Shown: one piece after another, positions 40,445 through 51,810 of the stretch
How positions within the stretch are numbered: the stretch's first letter is position 1
Layout of the letters: the number at the start of each line of letters is the position of its first letter
Assembly: GCF_003790525.1 (NCBI RefSeq)
Contig: NZ_CP033635.1
DNA: 64,000 bases
Source of the DNA: Escherichia coli
Lineage (GTDB): Bacteria > Pseudomonadota > Gammaproteobacteria > Enterobacterales > Enterobacteriaceae
Direction: 5' to 3' (one strand)
Notes under the pieces: generated by a model
The model's database searches: none
What the model saw: the letters and a program-made list of their open reading frames with translations, nothing else
What the model was told of the DNA's origin: nothing
Translations under genes and position numbers: made by a program

Positions 40445-41905
40445 TTACAGCGCAGCCACACACTCGCGCGCACCGCGTTCGCACAGCTGCTGATATGCCG
40501 CCGTCACCGCGCCAACAAAGTCGGCATTCTGCGGCAGATCATCGGCAAAAATACCGCTCAGGCCCAGCAGCGCTTTCACGCGGTCTGCGCCCTGATACTG
40601 CGCGTTGATCTTCTGGAACTCCACCAGCATCGGGTCGACCACGTCAATGGCATTACCCTGCTCATCCACGCCCTGGGTGTAACGCATCCAGCCAGCCACG
40701 CCCAGCGCCAGGTGACGCCAGCTGCCGCCGTTTTGCAGGTGCAGACGCACCGGATCCAGCAGACGCTGCGGTAACTTCTGGCTGCCGTCCATTGCAATCT
40801 GCCAGGTACGGTGACGCAGAGACGGGTTGCTGAAACGCTCGATCAGCAGCGTCGCATAGGCGTTCAGGTCCGTACCTTCCGGCATCGACAGCGTTGGCGC
40901 TTGTTCCTGCATCATCAGGGCAAAGGCCGCTTTGCGATAATCCGGGTTAGTCATGGTGTCGGCAATGGTTTCATAGCCGCCGAGGTAACCGAGGTACGCC
41001 AGGAAAGAGTGGCTGCCGTTCAGCATACGCAGTTTCATCATTTCGAACGGCACAACGTCTGCAACGAACTGTGCGCCCACTTTATCCCAGTCCGGACGAC
41101 CATTAACGAAGTTATCTTCAATCACCCACTGACGGAACGGTTCGCAGGCAATGGCGCACGGGTCGTAAACACCCAGCTGGTCAGCAATTTCCTGTAAGGT
41201 TTCTGGCGTCGCCGCCGGAACGATGCGGTCAACCATGGTGCACGGGAAGGTGACGTTCTCTTCAATCCATGCCGCCAGCTGTGGATCACGCGCCTGAGCC
41301 AGCCCCAGAACCGCGACCTTCGCCACATGACCGTTTTCACGCACGTTGTCGCAGGACATCACCGTAAACGCTTTCAGCCCTTTTTCACGACGCAGACGCA
41401 GGGCTTCTACGATGTAACCAATCGCGGACTTCGGCGCAGTCGGGTTTTCCAGATCGTGCTTAATCAGCGGATTATTGAGATCCAGCTGACCGCTTGCCGC
41501 ATCGGCGCAATAACCTTTCTCTGTGACCGTCAGGGAGACAATCGCCGTCTGCGGACGCGCCATCGCGTTGAGAATACCTTCACAACCGTCGATTTCCGGG
41601 TGCAGGGCTTCTTTCATCGAACCGATAATTTTCAGCTCGGTGCTTTCTGCGCCTTTTTCCGCCACGGTGTACAGCAGTTGCTGTTTTTTCAGGTTTTCGA
41701 TCAGCACGCGGTCGTTACCTGGCATCAGGTTAACTTCGCAGATACCCCAGTCGCTGTCGGTGCTTTCCAGCAGATGATGGGTGTACAGCGCCTGGTGCGC
41801 GCGGTGAAACGCCCCGCAACCGAGATGCACAATGCGTGATTCCAGACGAGAATGATCCCATGACGGGCGGGCAACCGGCAGATTGCTGTCAACAATAGTA
41901 GTCAT
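40445..41905 (-). CDS. uxuB: D-mannonate oxidoreductase UxuB
   Basis: 486 aa, mannitol dehydrogenase family; downstream of uxuA. Confidence 0.9.
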   Translation of the reverse strand: MTTIVDSNLPVARPSWDHSRLESRIVHLGCGAFHRAHQALYTHHLLESTDSDWGICEVNLMPGNDRVLIENLKKQQLLYTVAEKGAESTELKIIGSMKEALHPEIDGCEGILNAMARPQTAIVSLTVTEKGYCADAASGQLDLNNPLIKHDLENPTAPKSAIGYIVEALRLRREKGLKAFTVMSCDNVRENGHVAKVAVLGLAQARDPQLAAWIEENVTFPCTMVDRIVPAATPETLQEIADQLGVYDPCAIACEPFRQWVIEDNFVNGRPDWDKVGAQFVADVVPFEMMKLRMLNGSHSFLAYLGYLGGYETIADTMTNPDYRKAAFALMMQEQAPTLSMPEGTDLNAYATLLIERFSNPSLRHRTWQIAMDGSQKLPQRLLDPVRLHLQNGGSWRHLALGVAGWMRYTQGVDEQGNAIDVVDPMLVEFQKINAQYQGADRVKALLGLSGIFADDLPQNADFVGAVTAAYQQLCERGARECVAAL

Positions 41906-41985
41906 CGTAAACTCCAGAATCCGTCTTCAGAGAGTGACGGCAAGGAAGAAGGAACCGGCACGGCGCGCAGCCATGCCGGTGGATA

Positions 41986-43170
41986 TTAACGGCTAAAGAA
42001 AGCGCGCTGGATCGCCAGTTCGACACCGCGAACTTCGGCCAGGCCTTTCAGACGACCAATTGCGGAGTAACCTGGGTTGGTTTTCTTCTTCAGGTCGTCC
42101 AGCATCTGATGACCGTGGTCCGGACGCATCGGGATCAGGTCTTCTTTGCCTTCCGCTTTACGACGGTGTTCTTCTTCAACAATCGCTTTCACCACTTCGT
42201 ACATATCAACGTCACCGTTCAGGTGCGCCGCTTCGTGGAAGGTTTTCGGGTTATCTTCACGCATGGTGGAGCGCAGATGGGTGAAGTAAATACGCGGACC
42301 AAACTGCTTGATCATATCAACCAGATCGTTGTCAGCACGCACGCCGTAGGAACCGGTGCACATGGTGAAACCGTTCGCCATGCTGTTTACGGTATCAACC
42401 ATCCACTGCATATCTTCAATGGTAGAAACAATGCGCGGCAGGCCGAGGATTGGGCGCGGCGGATCGTCCGGGTGAACCGCCATACGCACGCCAACTTCTT
42501 CAGCAACTGGAATAATCGCTTTCAGGAAGACAGCAAAGTTTTCGCGCAGTTTGGCTTTGTCGATATCTTTGTACAGCTCCAGGTGCTTACGGAACTGGTC
42601 GAGGGTATACCCTTCTTCCGCACCTGGCAGACCGGCAATGATGTTACGGGTCAGACGCGCTTTGTCTTCGTCGCTCATAGTGGCGAAGCGTTCAGCGGCC
42701 TGAGCAATTTCTTCTTCGGTGTAATCCGCTTCCGCGCCTGGACGCTTCAGGATATGCATTTCGAATGCAGCGAATTCGATCTGGTCGAAGCGCAGAGCTT
42801 TGGAGCCGTCTGGCAGCACGTATTCGAGGTCAGTACGGGTCCAGTCGAGCACCGGCATGAAGTTGTAGCACACGGTGCGAATGCCGCACTGCGCCAGGTT
42901 GCGCAGGGTCTGCTGATAGTTAGCAATCCACTGCTCATAGTTGCCAGTGTGGGTTTTGATATCTTCGTGAATTGGTACGCTTTCAACGACAGACCACACC
43001 AGGCCTGCGTCTTCAACGATCGCCTTGCGTTTGAGGATCTCTTCTACGGACCATACTTCGCCGTTCGGGATATGGTGCAGCGCGGTAACCACGCCAGTTG
43101 CGCCCGCCTGACGGACATCAGCTAAAGAAACCGGATCGTTTGGGCCGTACCAGCGCCAGGTCTGTTCCAT
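41986..43170 (-). CDS. uxuA: Mannonate dehydratase UxuA
   Basis: 394 aa from ATG 43170 (AGAGGA upstream); begins [16 protein letters not shown]. Confidence 0.9.
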
Positions 43171-43336
43171 GATTTTTCCTCTTTCACATAGTGGGTTCCA
43201 CAGCAAAGAGACGTGGAGCCCCGGAGTTGTTTAGGTATCCGGATGAACAACCAGACCGCAGCCGTGGCGTTGCATCGGATGAGATGGCGTATAAGTTCTA
43301 CCTTTTGGTAAGACATGTCAACCCGAATTCTAAAAT

Positions 43337-43346
43337 TGGTTAACCA
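43337..43346. promoter_or_regulatory. Candidate UxuR/ExuR-type operator (perfect palindrome TGGTTAACCA) in the uxuA/gntP divergent region
   Basis: 10 bp perfect palindrome within AAATTGGTTAACCACAT, midway between the divergent uxuA and gntP starts; FadR-subfamily operators are short palindromes of this type. Confidence 0.4.
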
Positions 43347-43509
43347 CATCACAAGAATTTCACTCTCATGGTTGTTGCTGCAAATTGCAGCAAAGAGTAA
43401 TCGATGGTTATTGATCAGAGGATGTGACATTCATCGCAACAATGGTTGACCAATTTACATAACATGTCGCCCAAAATAACAACGGTTCAACCAGGTAAGG
43501 TAAAACGTT

Positions 43510-44853
43510 ATGCATGTGCTTAACATTCTCTGGGTGGTATTCGGCATTGGTCTGATGCTGGTACTGAATTTGAAGTTCAAAATCAATTCAATGGTGGCTT
43601 TGTTGGTGGCGGCGCTGTCCGTCGGGATGCTGGCGGGCATGGATTTGATGTCGCTGCTGCACACCATGAAAGCGGGCTTCGGCAACACGCTGGGGGAACT
43701 GGCTATCATCGTGGTGTTCGGTGCGGTCATCGGTAAATTGATGGTCGACTCCGGCGCGGCTCACCAGATAGCACATACGCTGCTGGCGCGTCTCGGTCTG
43801 CGCTATGTACAGCTGTCGGTGATTATCATCGGCCTGATTTTCGGTCTGGCGATGTTTTATGAAGTGGCCTTTATCATGTTAGCGCCGCTGGTTATTGTTA
43901 TTGCCGCCGAAGCTAAAATTCCGTTCCTGAAACTGGCGATCCCGGCAGTAGCAGCTGCCACTACAGCACATTCACTGTTCCCACCGCAGCCGGGTCCGGT
44001 GGCGCTGGTGAATGCTTATGGCGCGGATATGGGGATGGTTTATATCTATGGCGTACTGGTGACGATCCCAAGTGTAATCTGCGCAGGTCTGATCCTGCCG
44101 AAGTTCCTCGGCAATCTTGAGCGCCCAACGCCATCATTCCTGAAAGCAGATCAACCGGTAGATATGAATAATCTGCCCTCTTTCGGCGTTTCGATTCTGG
44201 TGCCGCTGATCCCAGCGATCATTATGATCTCCACCACCATCGCCAATATCTGGCTGGTAAAAGATACCCCTGCCTGGGAAGTGGTTAACTTTATCGGTTC
44301 CTCGCCGATTGCAATGTTTATTGCGATGGTGGTTGCATTCGTACTCTTTGGCACCGCGCGTGGTCATGACATGCAGTGGGTGATGAACGCTTTTGAAAGC
44401 GCGGTGAAGAGTATTGCAATGGTGATTCTGATCATCGGTGCGGGTGGCGTGCTGAAGCAGACCATCATCGACACCGGCATTGGCGACACCATCGGCATGT
44501 TGATGTCCCACGGCAATATCTCGCCCTACATCATGGCATGGCTGATCACTGTGCTAATTCGTCTGGCGACGGGTCAGGGTGTCGTTTCGGCGATGACCGC
44601 CGCCGGGATTATCAGTGCTGCAATCCTTGATCCAGCAACCGGTCAGCTGGTTGGCGTGAATCCGGCGCTGCTGGTACTGGCGACGGCTGCGGGTTCCAAC
44701 ACCCTCACCCACATTAATGATGCCTCATTCTGGCTGTTCAAAGGTTACTTTGACCTGTCGGTAAAAGACACGTTGAAAACCTGGGGACTGCTGGAGCTGG
44801 TCAACTCCGTGGTTGGGCTGATTATTGTGTTGATTATTAGCATGGTAGCGTAA
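43510..44853 (+). CDS. gntP: Fructuronate/gluconate-family transporter GntP
   Basis: 447 aa, GntP permease family; position matches K-12. Confidence 0.9.
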
Positions 44854-44864
44854 AAGAACACCGG

Positions 44865-44884
44865 AGCCTGCCAATGGCAGGCTC
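44865..44884 (+). terminator. Stem-loop after gntP
   Basis: AGCCTGCC - AATG - GGCAGGCT hairpin 12 nt after the gntP stop. Confidence 0.45.
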
Positions 44885-44919
44885 TGACTGATGACAAAGT
44901 CTAAAAATGTGCCCGGCCA

Positions 44920-44960
44920 GTCCCCTCGCTCCTCCGGGGAGAGGGTTAGGGTGAGGGGAA
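44920..44960. repeat. GC-rich imperfect-palindrome intergenic repeat, copy 2
   Basis: GTCCCCTCGCTCCTCCGGGGAGAGGGTTAGGGTGAGGGGAA; near-identical to 40176-40216. Confidence 0.5.
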
Positions 44961-44987
44961 CAGACCAGCAAAGTGCGCTTTGTTTAT

Positions 44988-45023
44988 GCCAGATGCGACG
45001 CTGACGCGTCTTATCTGGCCTAC
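44988..45023. repeat. REP (BIME-type) element
   Basis: GCCAGATGCGACGCTGACGCGTCTTATCTGGCCTAC matches the REP consensus pattern (GCC(G/T)GATGCG ... CTTATC(C/A)GGCCTAC). Confidence 0.6.
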
Positions 45024-45095
45024 AAAGGGCTAACGTGCAGGTTTTTAGCTTCAGGTAATATTGCGTACCAGCATTAGCAATGTCCTGTGATTTCT

Positions 45096-45998
45096 TTATT
45101 GATAAACAAAAGTCACGCCAATAATCGATTGCACATTCCCTGCAGTCACCTGCCCTCCGGTACGTGCGTAATTTGCCGTTAATCCCAGACTTACCGCCGA
45201 AGTCCCTACTGCTCCTAACGATACCGTGTTATTCGCTGGAATAATCGTACCGTTGCGCGTCAACTGTACGCCGACGCCCTGCGCGGGTGAAAACGAGGCG
45301 GTATTGGTGAAAATCGAGTTGCCCGCATCTGCGGTTGTGCCGGAGAGGTAATACCCCAGGTTTTGGCTTTTCGCACAATAAACGGTAAGAGGAATCGGCA
45401 CTGAACCAGGGTAGTCCGGCAGAGTAACGGTGACATCACGAGCAGAAACATCGCAGCCGCCAGTGGGCACCACCACATCATTATTGGCGTAAATATTCCA
45501 CACAAACTGAAAATCATCGCTGTTATAATTGTTGGTCTGTCGCAAAATAAGCACGGCAATTAATGAACCAGCTTTAATCGCCACCCCGCCCGCACTGCTC
45601 ACAGGCGTCAAATAAAGCGCCACCGGCCACGGCTTATCCGTTCTCGAATTATAAACAACGCGCGGCGTTTCACTGGTGGTCGGAAATGGATAGCTACTGC
45701 CACTATATTTTACGGTCCCGGAAAAATTAGATAACACGCCGCCATAAGCCGAACCTCGTTGCAGTGTGACATAGTCTGTAATGGTTTCCGGGTAATCGTT
45801 ATGGCAAAAGATTTGCGTCGAAAGATCTACGACCAGGTTTTGCCCCACATTCACGGCAGGCGCAAGGTTTACATAAACATTGGCGCTGCCACCGCCAATA
45901 GGGATTGCGGTACCATTGGCGGTTTTACAGGCGAATGACCAGGCATTTACCGACCAGCCCATCAGCAGTACAGCAAACAGGGTAATAACTCTTTTCAT
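45096..45998 (-). CDS. fimH: Type 1 fimbrial adhesin FimH
   Basis: 300 aa from ATG 45998; mature N-terminus FACKTANGTAIPIGGGSANVYVNLAP, lectin and pilin domains. Confidence 0.9.
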   Translation of the reverse strand: MKRVITLFAVLLMGWSVNAWSFACKTANGTAIPIGGGSANVYVNLAPAVNVGQNLVVDLSTQIFCHNDYPETITDYVTLQRGSAYGGVLSNFSGTVKYSGSSYPFPTTSETPRVVYNSRTDKPWPVALYLTPVSSAGGVAIKAGSLIAVLILRQTNNYNSDDFQFVWNIYANNDVVVPTGGCDVSARDVTVTLPDYPGSVPIPLTVYCAKSQNLGYYLSGTTADAGNSIFTNTASFSPAQGVGVQLTRNGTIIPANNTVSLGAVGTSAVSLGLTANYARTGGQVTAGNVQSIIGVTFVYQ

Positions 45999-46017
45999 TA
46001 CAATCATCTCTTTGGGT

Positions 46018-46521
46018 TCAGCTGTAGGTATAGGTGATGCTAATCACTGCCTGAATGGTTCCCTGAGTGGCTCCGCCATTTACCGTCAATGCTCTGACCT
46101 GTAACGGGAAGTGCGCTGATTGTGAGGAATCATCCACCTGCACTGTTTTGGTTGCGCCAGTATTCAATGTGTTGCCACTGTCATCCTGTAGCTCTAACTG
46201 GATGTTTTGCGCGGTCCCCTGGTTTTTATAATATCCGGTACTGTCGGCTGCCCCGCTGAAGCTGGCAGTGACCCTCGACGTTCCCACCGGACAATGAGTC
46301 AACTCAAGCGCAACATCATGCCAGGCCGATGCCGCACCGGCAGACACGAGACTGAAAGAATAAAGATCGCCGAGATCAATCGTGGCATTGGTGGTGGAAA
46401 CTGTGCACGGTTTGGCGACGACCTTACCGTTCACCGTGATGGTGACATCGGCTGCCTGTATCGTCGCACTTGCGAACGCCAACATTGCCGCCAATAAATA
46501 CCCACGTTTGCGCCATTTCAT
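46018..46521 (-). CDS. fimG: Type 1 fimbrial minor subunit FimG
   Basis: 167 aa from ATG 46521. Confidence 0.9.
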   Translation of the reverse strand: MKWRKRGYLLAAMLAFASATIQAADVTITVNGKVVAKPCTVSTTNATIDLGDLYSFSLVSAGAASAWHDVALELTHCPVGTSRVTASFSGAADSTGYYKNQGTAQNIQLELQDDSGNTLNTGATKTVQVDDSSQSAHFPLQVRALTVNGGATQGTIQAVISITYTYS

Positions 46522-46533
46522 GAGCATCTCCAG

Positions 46534-47064
46534 TTACTGATATTCAAGAGTGAAGGTAGCCGTGGCATTAATATGCCCCGCAGTGACAGGCACCTGTGTC
46601 GCCATTAGCCGGGCGTAAAAATTCAACGTATTTGGTTTACCCGGCGTCAGGGTCGTCCACGAAATCGCGGACGATGGGGCATTAAGGGGTATCTCATTTT
46701 GCTGCTCATTCAGAAGCTGTATTCCCAGTCCCGCAGCCGCTGACACCGTATTTTCAAGTGCAAGCAGGTTGGCATTGTGGCTATCTGCAACGCCGGTAAA
46801 CCCAACCTTTACGGCAGAAACAGCGTTACCACAGGGTGACAGCAAAATACGAAATGGAACGACAGGAGTCGTCGCGCCAATGTTGTTAAATTGCTTCGCC
46901 GCGTTTTCCATCAGATCAACAGTAAAATTGGTTGATTCAGCGGCCACACTACAGCCATTATCTCTGACATAGCCGCGGATAGTAATCGTGCTATCCGCAG
47001 CCAAAGCGTGACTTACCGCCAGCCACAAAAAAGCGCAAAGAAGATAAAAAGGTTTGTTTCTCAT
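46534..47064 (-). CDS. fimF: Type 1 fimbrial minor subunit FimF
   Basis: 176 aa from ATG 47064. Confidence 0.9.
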   Translation of the reverse strand: MRNKPFYLLCAFLWLAVSHALAADSTITIRGYVRDNGCSVAAESTNFTVDLMENAAKQFNNIGATTPVVPFRILLSPCGNAVSAVKVGFTGVADSHNANLLALENTVSAAAGLGIQLLNEQQNEIPLNAPSSAISWTTLTPGKPNTLNFYARLMATQVPVTAGHINATATFTLEYQ

Positions 47065-47073
47065 CACGCCCCC

Positions 47074-49710
47074 TTAACGACATTCAGCTGATAGCTGGGT
47101 TAATAACTGCTGCTGACTCTCTGGTGGCAGTTGATAATTGGCGACACAGTGAGCATTTTCCTCTTCTCCCCATTTCACCTGAACTTTTCCCGCTAAAGGC
47201 ATTCCGCTGAGGTAAACCTGACCATTATCCGCAACAATGCCGCTACTCTGGCTACTCTCTGATGTCACCATCGCCCCAAACGGCAGCGGCTTATTATTGT
47301 GGGTTAGCGTCATGAGCAGTTTTATCCCAACGCGCGCTTTAAACTCTGCTCGCACGATCGCCCCACGAGTGGGAACAACGTTAGCGACCGAGTTATCTAA
47401 ATCGACGTTATCAGCCAGGGTATTGGTATCCAGCGCCACTCTGTTTTCCCGATATTCAGTGGCATATGGCAGCACGGCATAACCCCGCCAGTCGGTACGC
47501 ACTCCTGTCTGGTTTTCGACTTTTGCATCTTTTGCGCCAGGCGCTTTAACAAGCACCACCGTATCGTTTAACGGCTGCCCCAGCGTTACGCCATTGGCAT
47601 GAGCCAGTACCCCACCGCTGACTCCGTAATAGAGCTGCTTAATATCATCGCTATGGCTGTAACCGATATTGGCATTGCCGTAACCACCGCGATAATTCAG
47701 CGTGGCGTAGCCTGTACTTCCGCTATTACCATCACCTCCCCCGGCGTAACCGGTTTGCACGCTATAGCTGAGGTTGTTGTCTTCCAGCAACGTACCGTAT
47801 ACACCGGCCAGATTGGTCATCCGACCGTTGAGATCGTGTGACATGCTGTAACTGGCACTGGCATGTCGCCACTGAGATTTACTGTCAGAACGCAGCCAGT
47901 GGCTGAAAGGAATATTGACGTTAAGCGCTAACATCTGATCCCGTCCTTTTTGCCAGGCGTTTTTCGTCAGGCTATAGCTGAGCGTCCAGTTGATATCTTC
48001 GAATGCAGTATTTAAACCAGCCTGGAATTGCTCATCGACATTATTCGTTCCCCAATAAGTTTGATGGCTACCACTCAAATACAGTGTTGATGAGCGCCCG
48101 AGTTGCTGAGTAACGGTGAGCTGTAATTTCCCGCGTTTGTTATAAGCGAGGTTGTAATAGTCGGTGAATTTCGGCTTAACCTGAATAACTCCGTCCTGTG
48201 TTTCGATGTTGTAGCCATTCATTCGACTGTATGTTGTATCAGCGAAATTAAAATATCCGCTGGTCGAATAACGGTAACCCACTAACTGAATATTCGTGCC
48301 TGACTCATTGAGCGATTTGTTATAGAGAAAACGCACCGATTGTCCGTCATGCTGACTGTCATCGGGAAGTGTGGAATTAGCCTGCGTCATATCCACAGAC
48401 AGAGCACCCAGTGCCCCCATGTTTTTCCCGATACCGAAATTAAAAGCACGATAACGATCCGCCAGTTGCGTTCCACCATATATTGTCCAGCCAGCCGGAA
48501 GGCCGTGGAGTAATGTACTCTGGAAAAAGCGGGGTTTTTCCTGTTGCGCATTTCCACTACGGTATTCTCCTGCCGTAATGGAATAACGAGTATGCCCTTC
48601 ACGTTGCAAAAGCGGGACTGACGAATAGGGTACGGTAAAAATCTGCGTGCTGCCGTCAGCCTCTTTGATCGTTACCTGCAAGTCACCACTATTACCTGCG
48701 GCATAGATATCGTTGATGGTAAAAGGCCCCGGTGGCACCGTACTATTATAAATGTCATACCCATTTTGTTTAATAGTGACCTGTGCAGTACCACGAGCAA
48801 TACCGTGGATCACCGGGGCAAATCCTCTTTGGCTATCGGGTAACATATTGTCATCTGAGGCCAATTGTGCGCCGCGAAAGTTAATACCATCGAAAATATC
48901 GCCCTGAGTATAACCATCACCCAGCGTCAGCCGGGAACGTAACGGTATTATGTCTCGCTCAAGCCAGGTATTGATATGCTGCCATTTATTTTTGCTACCT
49001 GATGAACTGTCGCTACTGTTATAACTCCAGGTGGTATTGTCGCGTAAACGCCACGCACCAATATTTAACCCACTCTGTAGGTTTAAATATGCATAATGGC
49101 TGTTACCCCCAATTCGATTCTGTACACTATTTCCGCTGAAATTATAATTGAGCAATCCGGCATTAATACCGGGATCCCATAACTCAGGAGGAATATAACC
49201 ACGCGCGCGATTACTCATAAATGCCTGAGGGATCGTCAGGTTGAGTCGCTGCTGACCCACATCCAGTTGCGCAGTAGCGTCATGTATCATTGAGGTTAAT
49301 GGCACGCAGGCATCATCCGCCAGCAGATTCATACCGGAGACAGAAGCCGTATTCAGCCCCATACTGGCAAGTTGCGCGCGTGTCAGGCAGGGAACAATCC
49401 CTTGTTCACTGTCGCCCGTATTAAATGTGACATCACGCGTTGCCATATAACCATTATTCAAATAGATATCGACACGATACGTCCCTGGCGGTAATTCTTG
49501 CCCATTCTCAAAACGCGATAAATCAGCCACAGCCTGGGGATCATCCGCTAAAAAACGCGGGTTAAAATAGAGTTCGGCAGATGACAAAGGTGCCTGTGCG
49601 GCAAAAGCACAGGCAACAAAGAGCCGGACAAAAAAACCAGCCAAACGATGCTTACGAATATGCAAGCATTGTGTGTTTCGCTGGTAAAGTCTTAAATTCA
49701 GATATGACAT
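47074..49710 (-). CDS. fimD: Outer membrane usher FimD
   Basis: 878 aa; sequence matches FimD throughout. Confidence 0.95.
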   Translation of the reverse strand: MSYLNLRLYQRNTQCLHIRKHRLAGFFVRLFVACAFAAQAPLSSAELYFNPRFLADDPQAVADLSRFENGQELPPGTYRVDIYLNNGYMATRDVTFNTGDSEQGIVPCLTRAQLASMGLNTASVSGMNLLADDACVPLTSMIHDATAQLDVGQQRLNLTIPQAFMSNRARGYIPPELWDPGINAGLLNYNFSGNSVQNRIGGNSHYAYLNLQSGLNIGAWRLRDNTTWSYNSSDSSSGSKNKWQHINTWLERDIIPLRSRLTLGDGYTQGDIFDGINFRGAQLASDDNMLPDSQRGFAPVIHGIARGTAQVTIKQNGYDIYNSTVPPGPFTINDIYAAGNSGDLQVTIKEADGSTQIFTVPYSSVPLLQREGHTRYSITAGEYRSGNAQQEKPRFFQSTLLHGLPAGWTIYGGTQLADRYRAFNFGIGKNMGALGALSVDMTQANSTLPDDSQHDGQSVRFLYNKSLNESGTNIQLVGYRYSTSGYFNFADTTYSRMNGYNIETQDGVIQVKPKFTDYYNLAYNKRGKLQLTVTQQLGRSSTLYLSGSHQTYWGTNNVDEQFQAGLNTAFEDINWTLSYSLTKNAWQKGRDQMLALNVNIPFSHWLRSDSKSQWRHASASYSMSHDLNGRMTNLAGVYGTLLEDNNLSYSVQTGYAGGGDGNSGSTGYATLNYRGGYGNANIGYSHSDDIKQLYYGVSGGVLAHANGVTLGQPLNDTVVLVKAPGAKDAKVENQTGVRTDWRGYAVLPYATEYRENRVALDTNTLADNVDLDNSVANVVPTRGAIVRAEFKARVGIKLLMTLTHNNKPLPFGAMVTSESSQSSGIVADNGQVYLSGMPLAGKVQVKWGEEENAHCVANYQLPPESQQQLLTQLSAECR

Positions 49711-49776
49711 TATTCCTCCGGTTTAAAATCACCCGGCAGTCAATTCTTTTTATTCAGGCGAAAAATTCCCCCTGCG

Positions 49777-50502
49777 TTATTCCATTACGCCCGTCATTTT
49801 GGGGGTAAGTGCGCCATAATCATTTATTGTTCGGTAAGTAATATTGCTTCCTGCATCAGAAGGCAATTTAACCGTGCTTTCGCCCATTGGAGGCACCAAT
49901 GCATTTTCAAGAACCCGGGTTCCGGCATTCAACTCTGTTACCGTCAGGTAATAGGGTGTCGGGTTAATCAGCGTCAGAGAATTCGCGCTACGACGAAATC
50001 TTAATTTTTCTGCGGCCTGATCGGGTGGCAACGCTAATTTAGCCGGGCGATAGTACAGTTTAATGCGGCTGATAATTGCGAGCTGTAGCGTATTCTCAGT
50101 CAATTTTGATTTATCCATTGACGGAATCGCTTTAACGTTCATCCAGAATAAACTTTCCCGATCCTGTGGCAATTGGTTATTTGTTGCATCAAGAATACGT
50201 AAGGTATTCTCTTTTTTTCCCTTCATCGCAAACAGAGGTGGCGTCACGATAAAACGACCATCCTTAACACCATCGGCATTTTCCACCCATGATTGAATTA
50301 AATAGGTACTATTTTCATCATTATTTGTCACGGCAAGTTGCACTTGTTTTTGCCCTGCCGGATAAATTACGCGAGTCGCACCTAAGGCCACTCCCGCTTC
50401 AGCGCGTCCGGCAACCACCATTGCCATGAACATCAGGATACCTGCCAGCAAGCAGAATGTTATTTCCTGCGATTTCCTTACATTGACGTTTTTATTACTC
50501 AC
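49777..50502 (-). CDS. fimC: Periplasmic chaperone FimC
   Basis: 241 aa PapD-like chaperone. Confidence 0.95.
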   Translation of the reverse strand: MSNKNVNVRKSQEITFCLLAGILMFMAMVVAGRAEAGVALGATRVIYPAGQKQVQLAVTNNDENSTYLIQSWVENADGVKDGRFIVTPPLFAMKGKKENTLRILDATNNQLPQDRESLFWMNVKAIPSMDKSKLTENTLQLAIISRIKLYYRPAKLALPPDQAAEKLRFRRSANSLTLINPTPYYLTVTELNAGTRVLENALVPPMGESTVKLPSDAGSNITYRTINDYGALTPKMTGVME

Positions 50503-50538
50503 TGTCCTGTTCCTGTTATCACATTATCTGCTGAACAA

Positions 50539-51078
50539 TTACTGATAGGTTAAAGAGAACCAGGCCTGGGCATTGGCGATGCCGCCAGTAACCCGACGCC
50601 CGGTAGCACGATATTTGGCGATGAAATGTAGCGAAGTAGAGCCTGAGTAAAGCCGTTTCCAGTTTGCTGGAGGACGATTAATCGGTACGAGGTTTCCTTC
50701 ATCATCAAATAACGCTACGCCAATATTGGTGGCTATCCCTGGCCCCTCTCCCACGGAAAGCACATCCGGATTTTTACCATCCGCGACACCGTGAAACGCC
50801 ACACCCACACGTTCACTCACCACCGTGCTACATTCCCGTAAATGAATAACAAAAGGCACCGGTGCGCTATCTTCCCCAACCGCATGAAACCGGTTACTGC
50901 TGATTTGCCCCATATTGACCGTCATTTGTTTATCCCCAGCTTCAATCCGGCAAGCTTCTGCAATAATGACGCCCTGAAATTGCATATTTCCGCCGGGCAA
51001 CGTGGTGTTCCATTTATTTCCGGCCAGAGCAAACATTGGCAGTAACGACGCTAATAGAAATAATCTCTTCCTTTTCAT
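50539..51078 (-). CDS. fimI: Fimbrin-like protein FimI
   Basis: 179 aa from ATG 51078 ([19 protein letters not shown] signal peptide); the track ORF extends upstream to 51210. Confidence 0.8.
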   Translation of the reverse strand: MKRKRLFLLASLLPMFALAGNKWNTTLPGGNMQFQGVIIAEACRIEAGDKQMTVNMGQISSNRFHAVGEDSAPVPFVIHLRECSTVVSERVGVAFHGVADGKNPDVLSVGEGPGIATNIGVALFDDEGNLVPINRPPANWKRLYSGSTSLHFIAKYRATGRRVTGGIANAQAWFSLTYQ

Positions 51079-51142
51079 TGTTATTTTTATCGCACAAGGG
51101 TGGGCATCCCTGCCCGTAATGACGTCCCTGAACCTGGGTAGG

Positions 51143-51691
51143 TTATTGATACTGAACCTTGAAGGTCGCATCCGCATTAGCAGCACCTGGGGTTGCGGCA
51201 CCGGTTGCAAAATAACGCGCCTGGAACGGAATGGTGTTGGTTCCGTTATTCAGGGTTGTTTGTGCACTAAATGTCGCACCGTCCAGCGCCAGCGCAGCAC
51301 CCGTTCTGTCCAGGATCTGCACACCAACTTTTGTTGCGCTACCCGCAGCTGAACTCTGCAAAGCTAATACGTTAGGATGAGTTCCATCAATTGCGGTACC
51401 AAGGAAGGCAATAGCAGCTTTGTCTGCAACAGTAGTGTCACAATCGTTCAGTTGAATGTTAAAACCGACAGCAGAACTGGTTGCTCCTTCTTGTGCCAGC
51501 GATGCGGTACGAACCTGCCCTAACTGAACGGTTTGATCAACAGAGCCTGCATCAACTGCGCAAGCGGCGTTAACAACTTCCCCTTTAAAGTGAACGGTCC
51601 CACCATTTACCGTCGTAGTATCAGCCAGAGCCGCTGCGGAACTGAGGGACAGAGCCGACAGAACAACGATTGCCAGAGTTTTAATTTTCAT
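51143..51691 (-). CDS. fimA: Type 1 fimbrial major subunit FimA
   Basis: 182 aa; signal peptide [24 protein letters not shown]-terminal FKVQYQ. Confidence 0.9.
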   Translation of the reverse strand: MKIKTLAIVVLSALSLSSAAALADTTTVNGGTVHFKGEVVNAACAVDAGSVDQTVQLGQVRTASLAQEGATSSAVGFNIQLNDCDTTVADKAAIAFLGTAIDGTHPNVLALQSSAAGSATKVGVQILDRTGAALALDGATFSAQTTLNNGTNTIPFQARYFATGAATPGAANADATFKVQYQ

Positions 51692-51810
51692 GCTGCTTTC
51701 CTTTAAAAAAACTATTTCTAAATCGACATGGGCAGTCGTTCTGTACGCTTTGTTTTGTCAACGAGTTTGACTGCCAACACTGCACAGTTTCCCCCCAAAA
51801 GATGAAACAT

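Noticed and set aside
42109-43125. 338 aa ORF on the + strand
   Set aside because: Entirely antisense to uxuA with an Arg/His/Val-rich composition typical of GC-rich antisense frames; the uxuA reading is well supported.
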